Translations under genes and position numbers: made by a program
DNA from: an uncultured Prevotellaceae bacterium
GTDB taxonomy: Bacteria > Bacteroidota > Bacteroidia > Bacteroidales > Muribaculaceae
Direction: 5' to 3'
NCBI GenBank assembly: GCA_900318865.1
Contig: ONMF01000009.1
Location: forward strand, 25,042-89,041
DNA length: 64,000 nt
Shown: piece after piece, positions 20,788 through 30,825 of the stretch
Numbering within the stretch: the stretch's first letter is position 1
Layout: every line of letters starts with the position of its first letter
The notes under the pieces: model-generated
What the model saw: the letters and a program-made list of their open reading frames with translations, nothing else
The model's database searches: none
What the model was told of the DNA's origin: nothing

Positions 20788-23208
20788 TTATTCGACAAGT
20801 AACCCCACCAGCGTCGTGACATCGGCAATGCTGGTCTCGCCGTCGCCATTGACATCGCTGCGTGGATTGGATGATTCGCTCATCAGCAAGTTCACCAGCA
20901 TGGTCACGTCGGCAATGCTCACCTCGCCATCTCCATTGACATCACCCTTGATGGAGAAGGGCATTAACTCAAACGGTACCCTGTCGCCCCAAATAGTGTA
21001 ACTGTTGGGATAGTTCAGGTTGCGCAAGCACATTCGGTAGACGAAACCCGGAGTGCCCTCGAAGGGCGAAAGAATCTGAACATTGACCGCACGGCCGGCC
21101 GGGATGTGCACAATGGGGCTATTGGCGTGGGTGAGGACCAGCGTCGCCTCATCGTTGATGATCATGTAAGGAATGGGGCCCACGTAGTCGCCCTGCCCAT
21201 TGTTGGCGATGACCGCTTTCGCGCTCACTTTGCCCTGAGGCATAAGATAGTTGTCGACCTTCAGCTGCGACTGGATAACGAGATCGTAGCCCGTGCTTTC
21301 CATCACCTTGAAGTTCACGGGGCCGCCAATGGCGTTGTTGCCGGCGTCCACAATCATCAGTTGATAGTCGCCCGGTGTTGCCGGAGCGGTGAACGAGCCC
21401 TTGATAAGTACCTCGCCATTGGTTGCCACATCGATGCGGCTGCCTTGCTCAAGGCTTATTTGCCGGCCGTTTTGGACAACTGCATAGTTCAGTATGTCGT
21501 AATATTCTTCCCCATCGTTGTGGACGACGGCGCTCAGTTCCACTGTGTTGCCGGTGCCTACGGTGGTCGGGACAGTGAGATTGGATGCCGTGAGGTGGCC
21601 TGTGAGGGAAGTGTCGGTGTCGAAATACATCACGCCTCCGGCCACGCGGACGTTGATGTAACCACTGGTGAGCGGGCTGTGGTCGTACACGACGTAGTTG
21701 CTCACGCCGGCCGTGGGAATGGCATACATGAACAGCAGGTGGTAGTTGCCGTCGGCCAACGATGTGGACGGTGTGTAACTGATGCATTGCCTACTGGACG
21801 TGTCGAGTTCCCGGAAGCGATAGGTGCTACCCACCTGGAGCGAAAAATAGCGAATATTCGACGCATTGTATTGCTCGGCATCATTACCATTTTCATCGGT
21901 CAGCCAGAGGGCCATGTACACATTCAGCTTGGGGTAGTAGCCGTTGCCTGCCAGCGTCAACCGGTCGAGAATCATGGGCGCTGGATTGCCGAGATTCACC
22001 TGACTGACTCCCGGAGCGAACGTCTCGACGGTCAGCTCGACCGATTTTTCAGGAGCCGTTCCGCCCTGGTCGGGCATGATGCCCACAATCATCTCCTGGC
22101 CGCTGTTGTAGCCGCCCTCATATGAACCGATGCCTTGTGAGGTGGGGTTCAAAGCCGTCACGAGAAAATATCCGTTGCTCTTTCCTCCCCATCCCCAGTT
22201 GATGTGGTAGTAGCCGTTGGCATCGCGGCCGTCGAACACGAAGGCGTGTCCTCCGTTGGGAGTGTAGCCTGAATAGAGAATGGGCCGCCGGTTGGCCAGC
22301 TCGTTGTCGATGGCGGCTATCCAATCGGTGATGCCCATCTTGGCGCGTTTCATATAGGACATGCCCTTGTCGTAGCCGAAGTAGTTGCGCAGAGCTTCCT
22401 TGGTAGAATAGATGCTCATTCCGCTGGTGGCCCCATATTTCATCTCGCCGCCCACGCCCACGTGATACATCAGGGTGGCCACGGCATTGGCTTGGGCATC
22501 GGTGTAGCCATGGGCATAGTCATTGAGCATCATGTCCCATTCGTAGGTGGTGTTGCCAAAGTCGGCGCTCAACGTCTTGGTGGTGCCGGCGTTGTTCACG
22601 TTGCATGAATACGAATGTGAACCGGTTCCCTTCACGGGCCAGCGATGGTAGTACATGATTTGAGCCGTGGCAGTGGCCACGCATCCAGTCACTGAAGTTG
22701 TGGTGCCGTTGCTGCTGTTGTAGGTAGGGCACAGGTTGTTATAAGGATTGTTTTGATTCCAATTAGTCGTCAGCATGGGGGTTATCACCTGGCCCGATGT
22801 CCTTCGTGGCGCGGCTTTGGCGGCTTGGGGCTGGCTGCGCATGAACTGGATTTCTTGCCGATAGGTGTCGAGCATATATTGTAAGCCGTCGGGCACATCG
22901 GCGGGATTGAAGGTGCCTTCGTCGCTGTAGCCCAGCACGGCGGGGGCAAGGTCATCTCCTGCCACCACTACATAGCCATCCATGCCTGTGTTAAACACAT
23001 AGTAGTCGGCAGCCTCGGCCATGTCGGTGGCTTTGGCCGAGAGAGCCAGGGTGAGAGCCGGCGCGTGGCCGGGTGCATTGTGGCGCGAGGAGACAGTGCG
23101 GAGATGCTCGGCGGCAATGGCGCGTGCGCGTTCTTGACTCACCGGGCCGGCTTGGGCTAATTGAGAAAAGGCCAGAAAAGCAGTGATGCAAAAGATGATG
23201 TGTTTCAT
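20788..23208 (-). CDS. Secreted C10 (streptopain/interpain-like) cysteine peptidase with C-terminal dockerin
   Basis: Signal peptide, Spi-like propeptide, WNQNNPYN, catalytic TGCVATA, GHAFVFDG, HINWGWGG, Ig-like domains and twin GDVNGDGEVSIADV repeats; start set at MKHIIF. Confidence 0.9.
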   Translation of the reverse strand: MKHIIFCITAFLAFSQLAQAGPVSQERARAIAAEHLRTVSSRHNAPGHAPALTLALSAKATDMAEAADYYVFNTGMDGYVVVAGDDLAPAVLGYSDEGTFNPADVPDGLQYMLDTYRQEIQFMRSQPQAAKAAPRRTSGQVITPMLTTNWNQNNPYNNLCPTYNSSNGTTTSVTGCVATATAQIMYYHRWPVKGTGSHSYSCNVNNAGTTKTLSADFGNTTYEWDMMLNDYAHGYTDAQANAVATLMYHVGVGGEMKYGATSGMSIYSTKEALRNYFGYDKGMSYMKRAKMGITDWIAAIDNELANRRPILYSGYTPNGGHAFVFDGRDANGYYHINWGWGGKSNGYFLVTALNPTSQGIGSYEGGYNSGQEMIVGIMPDQGGTAPEKSVELTVETFAPGVSQVNLGNPAPMILDRLTLAGNGYYPKLNVYMALWLTDENGNDAEQYNASNIRYFSLQVGSTYRFRELDTSSRQCISYTPSTSLADGNYHLLFMYAIPTAGVSNYVVYDHSPLTSGYINVRVAGGVMYFDTDTSLTGHLTASNLTVPTTVGTGNTVELSAVVHNDGEEYYDILNYAVVQNGRQISLEQGSRIDVATNGEVLIKGSFTAPATPGDYQLMIVDAGNNAIGGPVNFKVMESTGYDLVIQSQLKVDNYLMPQGKVSAKAVIANNGQGDYVGPIPYMIINDEATLVLTHANSPIVHIPAGRAVNVQILSPFEGTPGFVYRMCLRNLNYPNSYTIWGDRVPFELMPFSIKGDVNGDGEVSIADVTMLVNLLMSESSNPRSDVNGDGETSIADVTTLVGLLVE

Positions 23209-23335
23209 GAGATTGGGGTGATTAGTTTCAGTTTGTAAAATTAGTTCAAAGTGATTGAATAGCAAAATTTTCCACGTTTTTTTCTCGATGTGTGGGGCAA
23301 AATGGCCAAAATGGGTTCAGTGTGGCCGATAAATC

Positions 23336-23370
23336 AAGCCGCCTGAAAGCGGAATTTTTTCAGGCGGCTT
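23336..23370 (-). terminator. Terminator after the GDPD gene
   Basis: 13-bp stem AAGCCGCCTGAAA...TTTCAGGCGGCTT. Confidence 0.65.
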
Positions 23371-23401
23371 GTTTTCGTGTAGGGGAAGGGATGGTGGTGT
23401 G

Positions 23402-25330
23402 TCAACGAATCACCTTCGTGGCACGCGTGGTGCCATTGTCGTAGCGGGTGACAACGATGTTCACGCCACTGTGAGGCTGTGTCGAAGCCTGGCCCATGAT
23501 GTTGTAGTAGGTCTTGCTCACTTCCTTGCCGGTTTGTGTGCCGATGCCCGTCTCGCTGATGGCCGTGTAGGGCTGGTCGAGATAGAGCTGATAGGCGGCA
23601 TATCCATTGCCCATGCAGTACTCATAGAGCATCACATGCGTGTCGTCGAGTTTCTCGGCGCGGAAGAATGCGCCCACCGAGGGGTTGGCACCGTAGCCGC
23701 CATTGCCCATGGGATCGATGGTGAGGATAGGCTCGGCCTTGGCAGTCATGTCCCTGATGGTGAATCCACCGTTATAATTGCTGCCCGACGAGTGGAGGAA
23801 GAGTTCGTGTCCGTCCATGGTGAAGTAGGCACCGCCCACGCTCGAGTTGCGGTTGGGAGGTGTGGTGCTGGCCGAGCCGGCCACATATCCGCCCTTGTCA
23901 CCGTTGTCGTAGAGGTAGTAGCCGTTGTTGCGCACTTGATAGATGAACTTGTTGGGGTCGTTGTTGATGGGATACACCACACCGGCAGTGGAGCCGGCAA
24001 TCGATAGCGTCTTGCTGGCGGTCACCTCCACGAGCCTGCCCTCGGCAATCTTCACCACGTTCACCACATTCTGGGTGTTGGGGAAGAAGTAAACGTAGCC
24101 ACCTTCTTTGGAGAACACATCGCCGCTGGCGCTGATGAAATGCACGCGTCCCGGGTTGAGCAGCGTAAAGTCCACTTCCACGGGTGTGATGCTCCCGTTT
24201 TGATAGAGCACCATTTTGTTGGGCGAGTTCTCTGTCGCCCCGTCGTTGCGCAGAATGAGGTTGCCCGCGTCGTCACAGGTCACCCCCTGTGCTTTACCTC
24301 CCGCGATGCCGCTGTCCTGCTCACCCTCGGCATCAAATGCCAGCAGGGTGCTGGTTCGGTAGTCATTGGGATAGAACATGCCTCCGCACATGGCAGCCAT
24401 CTGTGCGGTGTTGTATTTCGACTCATCGGTCAATCCCGAGGGGAAATTCTCGGGCAGATTGCCGCGGAAGCGGCTGAATTTAAAAACCGTGTCACATTTC
24501 AGTTCCAAAGGCTGGACCGGCTCGACGACGGCATCCCAGTCGATTTCGTCAAGCTCGGGCATGGCGCTGGGCATGAGTGAGTTGCAAGTCATCATTTTCA
24601 CGCCCATGGCCCCGATGGATTTGTAGCTGGCCTCGGTGTCGACCACCCAGCAAGCCACATCCAGCCCCAGATTGCGGAATTTCTTCACCGTGTAGATGTC
24701 GAAGTTGCCGGTTGAGATGCTGGGCTCCAGGTTCCACTGCTTGCACCACGGTTCGTTGTCCTTCCAGTTGGCGTTGCACAGCCACTGGCACTTCAGTGCC
24801 GGATAATTGGTGCGCACATACTCCAGCGAGTTTTTCATCGATGTGAGGATGATGGCCTTGTCGGTGAGTCCTTTTTGCTCAATCAATGCAGCCAGCCCCG
24901 GGAATTTGCTCATGTCGTTGTTGTTGATTCCGGTGGTCCACTTGAGCTCAATCACGGGGAACACGCCTTTTTCAACACAAATGTCGAGATACTCGGCCAT
25001 GGTGCAGATTTTGCCGGTGTAGGTGACGCCGCTGCGCGTCTGAGTGTAGTTCTCGGCTTGCAGCTGGGCCAGCGTGGCACTTGCTACGGTGAGGTTGCCT
25101 CCCACGCGCTCGGTCGTCTCGTCGTGGCTGATGACGTATTGGTTGTCGCTTGTGACGCGCACGTCGCACTCCAATCCGTCGTAGCCGTAATAGTCCACTC
25201 CGTTGCGATAAGCCTCAACGGTGTTTTCCACGCCGCGGTTGCATCCGCGGTGCCCCACAAACAAGGGCTTCCATGCACTGGCTTGCGCCACGGCCGCCAG
25301 GCAAAGCATCAAGGTAAAGATTTTTTTCAT
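23402..25330 (-). CDS. Secreted glycerophosphodiester phosphodiesterase-family protein with extra C-terminal domain and T9SS-like tail
   Basis: Signal peptide, VGHRG, ENTVEAY, ECDVRVTSD..VISHD and IELK; ends with YYNIMGQ...VNIV...KVIR. Confidence 0.82.
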   Translation of the reverse strand: MKKIFTLMLCLAAVAQASAWKPLFVGHRGCNRGVENTVEAYRNGVDYYGYDGLECDVRVTSDNQYVISHDETTERVGGNLTVASATLAQLQAENYTQTRSGVTYTGKICTMAEYLDICVEKGVFPVIELKWTTGINNNDMSKFPGLAALIEQKGLTDKAIILTSMKNSLEYVRTNYPALKCQWLCNANWKDNEPWCKQWNLEPSISTGNFDIYTVKKFRNLGLDVACWVVDTEASYKSIGAMGVKMMTCNSLMPSAMPELDEIDWDAVVEPVQPLELKCDTVFKFSRFRGNLPENFPSGLTDESKYNTAQMAAMCGGMFYPNDYRTSTLLAFDAEGEQDSGIAGGKAQGVTCDDAGNLILRNDGATENSPNKMVLYQNGSITPVEVDFTLLNPGRVHFISASGDVFSKEGGYVYFFPNTQNVVNVVKIAEGRLVEVTASKTLSIAGSTAGVVYPINNDPNKFIYQVRNNGYYLYDNGDKGGYVAGSASTTPPNRNSSVGGAYFTMDGHELFLHSSGSNYNGGFTIRDMTAKAEPILTIDPMGNGGYGANPSVGAFFRAEKLDDTHVMLYEYCMGNGYAAYQLYLDQPYTAISETGIGTQTGKEVSKTYYNIMGQASTQPHSGVNIVVTRYDNGTTRATKVIR

Positions 25331-25487
25331 GTTAGTTTTTGGTTTACGTTAATAAAAAAGGAATTGATTCAATTATGCAAATATATGAAAATAAAAGTGA
25401 AAATACAAATGAAATTCTTTTTTATTTGAGAAATTGTGAGCGGGAGGTCGATGGGTGTGGAGCCGAAATAGCAGCTTTTGCGCGCCG

Positions 25488-25595
25488 ATACGCATCGGCA
25501 AGCAAAAAAAGGGTAACGTTGGCTCTGCCCAAGTTACTTTCGCTCGGAAAACCTCAAACGAGTTTGGGTTTTCGCTCGCTTATTCGTAACTTTGC
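25488..25595. repeat. Composite palindromic repeat overlapping the ygiQ promoter
   Basis: Minus-strand GCAGAGCCAA...TGCCGATGCGTA unit followed by the hairpin AAGTTAC...AAAACCTCAAAC-GA-GTTTGGGTTTT...GTAACTT, whose 3' arm contains TAACTTTG. Confidence 0.6.
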
Positions 25596-25600
25596 AAACG

Positions 25601-27475
25601 ATGCAAAAAAACAAGCAACAACCCAGCCACAAGGTGGAGGGACAATGGCTGCCGACCACCCGCAAGGAAATGGACCATCTGGGGTGGGAACAGGCCGACG
25701 TGATTCTCTTCACCGGCGATGCCTACATCGACCACCCTTCGATGGGCACAGCTGTCATAGGCCGTGTGCTGGAGGCTCACGGCTATAAGGTGGCCATTGT
25801 GCCACAGCCCAACTGGCGCGACGACCTGCGCGACTTCCGCAAGCTGGGCCGGCCCCGGCTCTTTTTCGGCGTGAGTGCCGGCGCCATGGACTCGATGGTG
25901 AATCACTACACGGCCGCCCGCCGGCGGCGCAGCGACGATGCCTATACGCCCGGCGGGCGGCCCGGTGCACGCCCCGACTATCCCACCATCGTCTACAGTG
26001 ATATCCTCAAGAAACTGTGGCCCGATGTGCCCGTGGTGGCCGGAGGCATTGAGGCATCGATGCGCCGGCTGGCCCACTATGACTACTGGCAGGACCGCAT
26101 CAAACCGTCCATTCTGGCCGAGTGCCGCGCCGATGTCCTGGTCTATGGCATGGGCGAAAAGCCCAATCTTCAGATAGCCGATGCGCTGGCCGCCGGGCTG
26201 CCCATCGACCAGATTACCGACGTGCCGCAAACGGTGGTGCGCCGCCCCCTGCGTGAAATGCCCGCCGCCTCCACGTCCACCGACGTCGTGCTCCACAGCT
26301 ATGAGGAGTGCCTCGGCTCGAAGCGGGCCCATGCGGCCAATTTCAAGGTGATAGAGGAGGAGAGTAACCTGTGGCACGGTCACAACCTGTGGCAAGCCAC
26401 GGGCGACATGGCCGTGAAGGTGAACCGCACCAATGAGCCGATGACAACCGAGGAAATCGACGCGTCGTTCGATTTGCCCTACACTCGCCTGCCGCATCCG
26501 CGCTATCAGGGAAAGCGCATTCCAGCCTATGAGATGATTCGCCACTCGGTGTGCTTGCACCGTGGCTGCTTCGGAGGCTGCGCATTTTGCACCATCAGCG
26601 CCCATCAGGGAAAATTCATTGCGTCGCGCAGCAAGGAGTCGATTCTGCGTGAAGTGCGGCAAGTGACGCACATGGATGACTTCAAGGGCTACATCTCCGA
26701 CCTGGGCGGCCCCAGCGCCAACATGTACGCCATGCACGGCCGCGACCTCACGCTGTGCCAGGTGTGCCGCCGTCCGTCGTGCCTGCACCCCAAGCCTTGC
26801 CGCAATCTCAACACCGACCATAGTGCGCTGCTCGATATCTATCATGCGGTCGATGCGCTGCCCGAAGTGAAAAAGTCGTTCATAGGCAGCGGTGTGCGCT
26901 ACGACCTGTCGATGCACCGCACGGGCGACGAGCGGGTGGACCGCATCAATGCCCAGTATAACGAGGAACTCATCCGCTTCCATGTGTCGGGGCGCCTGAA
27001 GGTAGCCCCCGAGCATACCAGCGACCGCGTGCTGCAGCTCATGCGCAAGCCGTCGTTCGACCTGTTCAGGCGCTTCAAGGCCTTGTTCGACAGGCTGAAC
27101 GCCCGTTACGACCTGCATCAGCAGATTATCCCTTACTTCATCTCGTCGCACCCCGGTTGCACCGATGAGGACATGGCCGAGCTGGCCGCCATCACGCGTG
27201 AACTCGACTTTCACCTGGAGCAAGTGCAAGATTTCACCCCCACGCCCATGACGGTGAGCACCGAGACTTACTGCACCGGCTTGGCCCCTTATACGCTGCA
27301 ACCCGTGTATTCGGCTCACGACAAGCAAGAAAAGCTGGGCCAGCGCAAGTTCTTCTTTTGGTACGACAAAGCCTACAAGCGCGACATCGAGGCGTCGCTG
27401 CGGCGGATGCACCGTCCCGATTTGCTGCGTCGCCTGTACGGCCCTTCAGTGTCGCCCAAAAAGCCCATTAAATAA
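25601..27475 (+). CDS. ygiQ: YgiQ (UPF0313) radical SAM protein
   Basis: LPTT, DAYIDHPS, GCFGGCAFC (CxxxCxxC), SDLGGPSANMY, LKVAPEH, YFISSHPG and EQVQDFTPTP. Confidence 0.9.
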   Translation: MQKNKQQPSHKVEGQWLPTTRKEMDHLGWEQADVILFTGDAYIDHPSMGTAVIGRVLEAHGYKVAIVPQPNWRDDLRDFRKLGRPRLFFGVSAGAMDSMVNHYTAARRRRSDDAYTPGGRPGARPDYPTIVYSDILKKLWPDVPVVAGGIEASMRRLAHYDYWQDRIKPSILAECRADVLVYGMGEKPNLQIADALAAGLPIDQITDVPQTVVRRPLREMPAASTSTDVVLHSYEECLGSKRAHAANFKVIEEESNLWHGHNLWQATGDMAVKVNRTNEPMTTEEIDASFDLPYTRLPHPRYQGKRIPAYEMIRHSVCLHRGCFGGCAFCTISAHQGKFIASRSKESILREVRQVTHMDDFKGYISDLGGPSANMYAMHGRDLTLCQVCRRPSCLHPKPCRNLNTDHSALLDIYHAVDALPEVKKSFIGSGVRYDLSMHRTGDERVDRINAQYNEELIRFHVSGRLKVAPEHTSDRVLQLMRKPSFDLFRRFKALFDRLNARYDLHQQIIPYFISSHPGCTDEDMAELAAITRELDFHLEQVQDFTPTPMTVSTETYCTGLAPYTLQPVYSAHDKQEKLGQRKFFFWYDKAYKRDIEASLRRMHRPDLLRRLYGPSVSPKKPIK

Positions 27476-27635
27476 TCTTAACAAGGCATAAAAAGGGCCA
27501 TGTGTGAACATTGGGCATGCCGGAAACAGCAGAATAACACAGAAAATGGCTGAAAAGTCACATTTTTTTATTTATATTAAGATTTTATTTTGTATTTTTG
27601 CAGACTGATAAAAACACAACGCAACGTATAACCTC

Positions 27636-28823
27636 ATGAAGTTATTACAAGAAAAGTTAGCTAAATACCAAGTGCCGCAGCAAGCCAAGGCCGCCGGCAT
27701 TTATCCTTATTTCCGTGCCATCTCCAGCGAGCAGGACACCGAAGTGATTATCAAGGGGAAAAAGGTGCTGATGTTCGGCTCGAACTGCTATAGCGGGCTG
27801 GTCAATCATCCCAAAATCAAGCAAGCGGCTATCGAAGCCACCAAGAAGTACGGCACGGGCTGTGCCGGTTCACCTTTCCTCAACGGCACGCTCGACATTC
27901 ACAAGCAGCTGGAGCGGCGGCTGGCCGACTATGTGGGAAAGGAAGACGCCATGATTTACAGTACGGGTTTCGGTGTAAACCTGGGTGTGGTGTCGACCTT
28001 GACCGGTCGTGAGGACTACATCCTTTGGGATGAGCAAGACCATGCCTCCATCATCGAGGGGCGTCGCTTGTCGTTCTCCAATTCGCTCAAGTACAAGCAT
28101 AACGATATGGACTCGCTGGAGAAGCAGCTTCAGAAGTGCGAGCCCGACCGTGTGAAACTCATTGTCACCGATGGCGTGTTCTCGATGGAGGGCGACGTGT
28201 GCAAGCTGCCCGAAATCGTTGACTTGGCCCGCAAGTACAAGGCCAGCATTATGGTCGACGAAGCTCACGGCATCGGCGTGTTTGGCCGCGGCGGCCGTGG
28301 TGTTTGCGACCACTTCGGCCTGGCCGACGAGGTGGACCTCATCATGGGCACATTCAGCAAGTCGTTTGCCTCACTGGGCGGCTTCATCGCCACCGATGAG
28401 GTGATAACAAATTATCTGCGCCATCACTCGCGCAGCTACATTTTCACTGCCAGCATCACGCCGGCTTCGACGGCTGCCGTGGGTGCCGCGCTCGACATCA
28501 TGGAGAGCGAGCCTGAGCGCCAGCAGCACTTGTGGGACATCACCCGCTATGCGCTGAACGGCTTCCGTGAGATGGGCTGCGAGATTGGCGCCACCGAGAC
28601 GCCCATCATCCCGCTCTTCATCCGCGACAACAACAAGACGTTTGCCATCACGCGCGACCTGCTGGAAGAGGGCATTTTCGTCAATCCCGTGGTGTCGCCT
28701 GCCGTGGCACCGACCGACACGCTTATCCGCTTCAGCCTGATGGCCACCCACACCAAGGAGCAGGTGACCACGGCTTTGGAGAAAATCCAGAAGGTGTTCC
28801 GCAGCTACGGCCTCATTCCCTGA
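27636..28823 (+). CDS. spt: Serine palmitoyltransferase (AOS family, PLP-dependent)
   Basis: MKLLQEKLAKY...GIYPYFR N-terminus as in Bacteroides SPT, MFGSNCYSGL, GCAGSPFLNGT, DEAHGIG and MGTFSKS. Confidence 0.85.
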   Translation: MKLLQEKLAKYQVPQQAKAAGIYPYFRAISSEQDTEVIIKGKKVLMFGSNCYSGLVNHPKIKQAAIEATKKYGTGCAGSPFLNGTLDIHKQLERRLADYVGKEDAMIYSTGFGVNLGVVSTLTGREDYILWDEQDHASIIEGRRLSFSNSLKYKHNDMDSLEKQLQKCEPDRVKLIVTDGVFSMEGDVCKLPEIVDLARKYKASIMVDEAHGIGVFGRGGRGVCDHFGLADEVDLIMGTFSKSFASLGGFIATDEVITNYLRHHSRSYIFTASITPASTAAVGAALDIMESEPERQQHLWDITRYALNGFREMGCEIGATETPIIPLFIRDNNKTFAITRDLLEEGIFVNPVVSPAVAPTDTLIRFSLMATHTKEQVTTALEKIQKVFRSYGLIP

Positions 28824-28858
28824 GCCGGGCGCCACACTGGGAGAACAACTGCAATAAA

Positions 28859-28902
28859 GAAAGGCATCAGGCCGGCCTCGCCGCCGCAAGATGCCTTTTT
28901 TT
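28859..28902 (+). terminator. Terminator after spt
   Basis: AAAGGCATC...GATGCCTTT followed by a T-run. Confidence 0.6.
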
Positions 28903-29175
28903 GTGAGGTGGTCGCTCGCACAAATCATCATCGCGCGCGTGCGCGAATCATTACTTATAGTCGTCTTTAGCTGCAGAGCCGTCATGTGCCCCCACCGTGG
29001 CGGCAATAAAAAGTTTTGCGAGCAGTGATTTTTCTTGCCGAAACACTTGCACAAAATATTTTTTTTGCTTGTTCAAAAAAAAATTGCCAAAAATGCTTGC
29101 CTAAAGATTTTTATTACTAATTTCGCAGCGTGATATAACAGAACATACATTAAACAGACACGATACAATTTTATT

Positions 29176-29721
29176 ATGGTTTACAAATTTCTTGTAGGAT
29201 CGGAAGAGGCTGAGAATTTTAAACTTGAAATCGCCATCGACTCGGAGGACACGTTCTTGCGGCTGCGCAATGCCATCCTCGATGCCGCCGGGTATTCCAA
29301 GGACCAGATGGATTCGTTCTACATCTGCGACGAAGACTGGGTGAAAGAAAAAGAAGTGACTTTCATCGACATGGGTACCGACAGCGACGAGGATATCTGG
29401 CTGATGGAAGATACACCGCTGGCCGAGCTCATCGAGGACGAGGGGCAGAAACTTAAATTTGTGTTCGATTATGTGACTGAGCGCTATTTCTTCATGAAGC
29501 TGAACGAGGTGGTTCCCGGCAAAACGCTTCACGACCCCCTGTGCCAGCGCAAGGAAGGAAAGGCCCCGAAGGAGAACATCGACTTTGAGACTTTCAGCCC
29601 GGCAGCTGTGAAGGTTGTCGACACGAGTCTCGATGACCTTGACGCCGAGTTCTATGGCGAGGATGAGTTCGACGAAGAAGAAATCAGCGATTTCGGCGAG
29701 CTCGAAGACGGCATCCAGTGA
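29176..29721 (+). CDS. Conserved Bacteroidales protein of the pRiA4b ORF-3/TnpR-like fold with acidic tail
   Basis: F.LEIAIDSEDTF..L..AILDA.GY, SFYICDEDW and KLKFVFDY motifs. Confidence 0.75.
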   Translation: MVYKFLVGSEEAENFKLEIAIDSEDTFLRLRNAILDAAGYSKDQMDSFYICDEDWVKEKEVTFIDMGTDSDEDIWLMEDTPLAELIEDEGQKLKFVFDYVTERYFFMKLNEVVPGKTLHDPLCQRKEGKAPKENIDFETFSPAAVKVVDTSLDDLDAEFYGEDEFDEEEISDFGELEDGIQ

Positions 29722-29776
29722 TACCGTTGTCGCTCTGGATTCATCGACCGATTGTTATTTGATTAACGTTATAGCT

Positions 29777-29812
29777 AAGGCGGCCGCTTCTCTGTATGAG
29801 GGCGGCCGCCTT
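29777..29812. terminator. Bidirectional terminator
   Basis: AAGGCGGCCGC...GCGGCCGCCTT between convergent genes. Confidence 0.7.
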
Positions 29813-29848
29813 ATTTTGTGCTTTCGGTGGGACGTTACGGTGTGCCAC

Positions 29849-30703
29849 TCAGCGGGGCAGGGTGGTGCGGTCGAGCATGAGCACGATGCGGCCCTTGTGG
29901 TCGAGCAGCGCCACTTGCGCATCGTTGATGCGCTTGCAGCTCTCGGTTTGTTCGAGAGCCACGAGGATAGCCGTCTCGGTGGCCATGTCGTCGCACACGT
30001 TGCCTGTGGTGTGAATGTCCTCGAACTGAATGGCATGGTCCTTGCTGGCGTCGATGTGGATGATGCCGTTAATGATGTTGCAGCCGGTGTTGCCATGCAG
30101 GGTCTGCATGGTGGCGTCGATAACCATCCTGACGTTTTTGTCGCGCACGTTCACGCCGTCGGCCTCGCGCACAATCCACACCCCGTTCATTAAGTCGAGG
30201 TTGTGGTGCTTGAGCACCATGATAACTTGTCCCTTGCTGTTCATCAGGTTGAGGTACTCGATGTTGTACTGCGTGCTCATGGTCATGCGCTGCACCTCGG
30301 CGAGCGCTTTGAGGATGTCGCGCTCACGGGTGGCGCTGTGGCAGGCACGCTCGGTGGTGATAAAGTCCTTGAAATTGATGTTGGTCCCGGATTGCTGGAA
30401 GCGCCCGTTCAGGTCGTTGCAGCCGGTGCTGCCGTAGACTTTGAAATTTTTGAAGTCAAGATATAGGTACGCGCGGTCGGGCGTGGAGACCGGTTTCTTG
30501 CGCAGCGTCACAATGTCCCATTCGCCTTCGAGCTGTTTCTTGGCGTTGGTGATGGTGACGGGTGTCATGGGTTGCTCCACGGGCTTGGAGTTGTTAAGAC
30601 TGACCTCGGTCTTGGCATATTTTTTTTGTTTCTTCTTGCCATGCATGGTGGCCGGGCACAAAGAGAGGGCCGCCACAAGGCTCAAGATGACGATATTCTT
30701 CAT
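29849..30703 (-). CDS. Secreted tandem META (HslJ-like) domain protein
   Basis: Signal peptide and two GEW.I...G.TGCN..NG..F..T..C domains. Confidence 0.85.
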   Translation of the reverse strand: MKNIVILSLVAALSLCPATMHGKKKQKKYAKTEVSLNNSKPVEQPMTPVTITNAKKQLEGEWDIVTLRKKPVSTPDRAYLYLDFKNFKVYGSTGCNDLNGRFQQSGTNINFKDFITTERACHSATRERDILKALAEVQRMTMSTQYNIEYLNLMNSKGQVIMVLKHHNLDLMNGVWIVREADGVNVRDKNVRMVIDATMQTLHGNTGCNIINGIIHIDASKDHAIQFEDIHTTGNVCDDMATETAILVALEQTESCKRINDAQVALLDHKGRIVLMLDRTTLPR

Positions 30704-30825
30704 GAAAATGCGGTGTCAATGATAAATAAACCTTCAAATTTCGCTATTTTTCTTAAATGATGCAAATTGTTTCGGCACTTTTAAGTTTTTATAGTTATTT
30801 TTGTTTCACTTTCATAAAGCAAGTG

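Noticed and set aside
23336-23370. GCCGCCTGAA similar to Neisseriaceae DNA uptake sequences
   Set aside because: I saw only one inverted pair, and it forms an ordinary terminator; no dispersed copies noticed.
29176-29721. pRiA4b ORF-3/IS1096 TnpR-like protein as evidence of a mobile element
   Set aside because: No transposase, inverted repeats or composition shift; it sits in normal core context.
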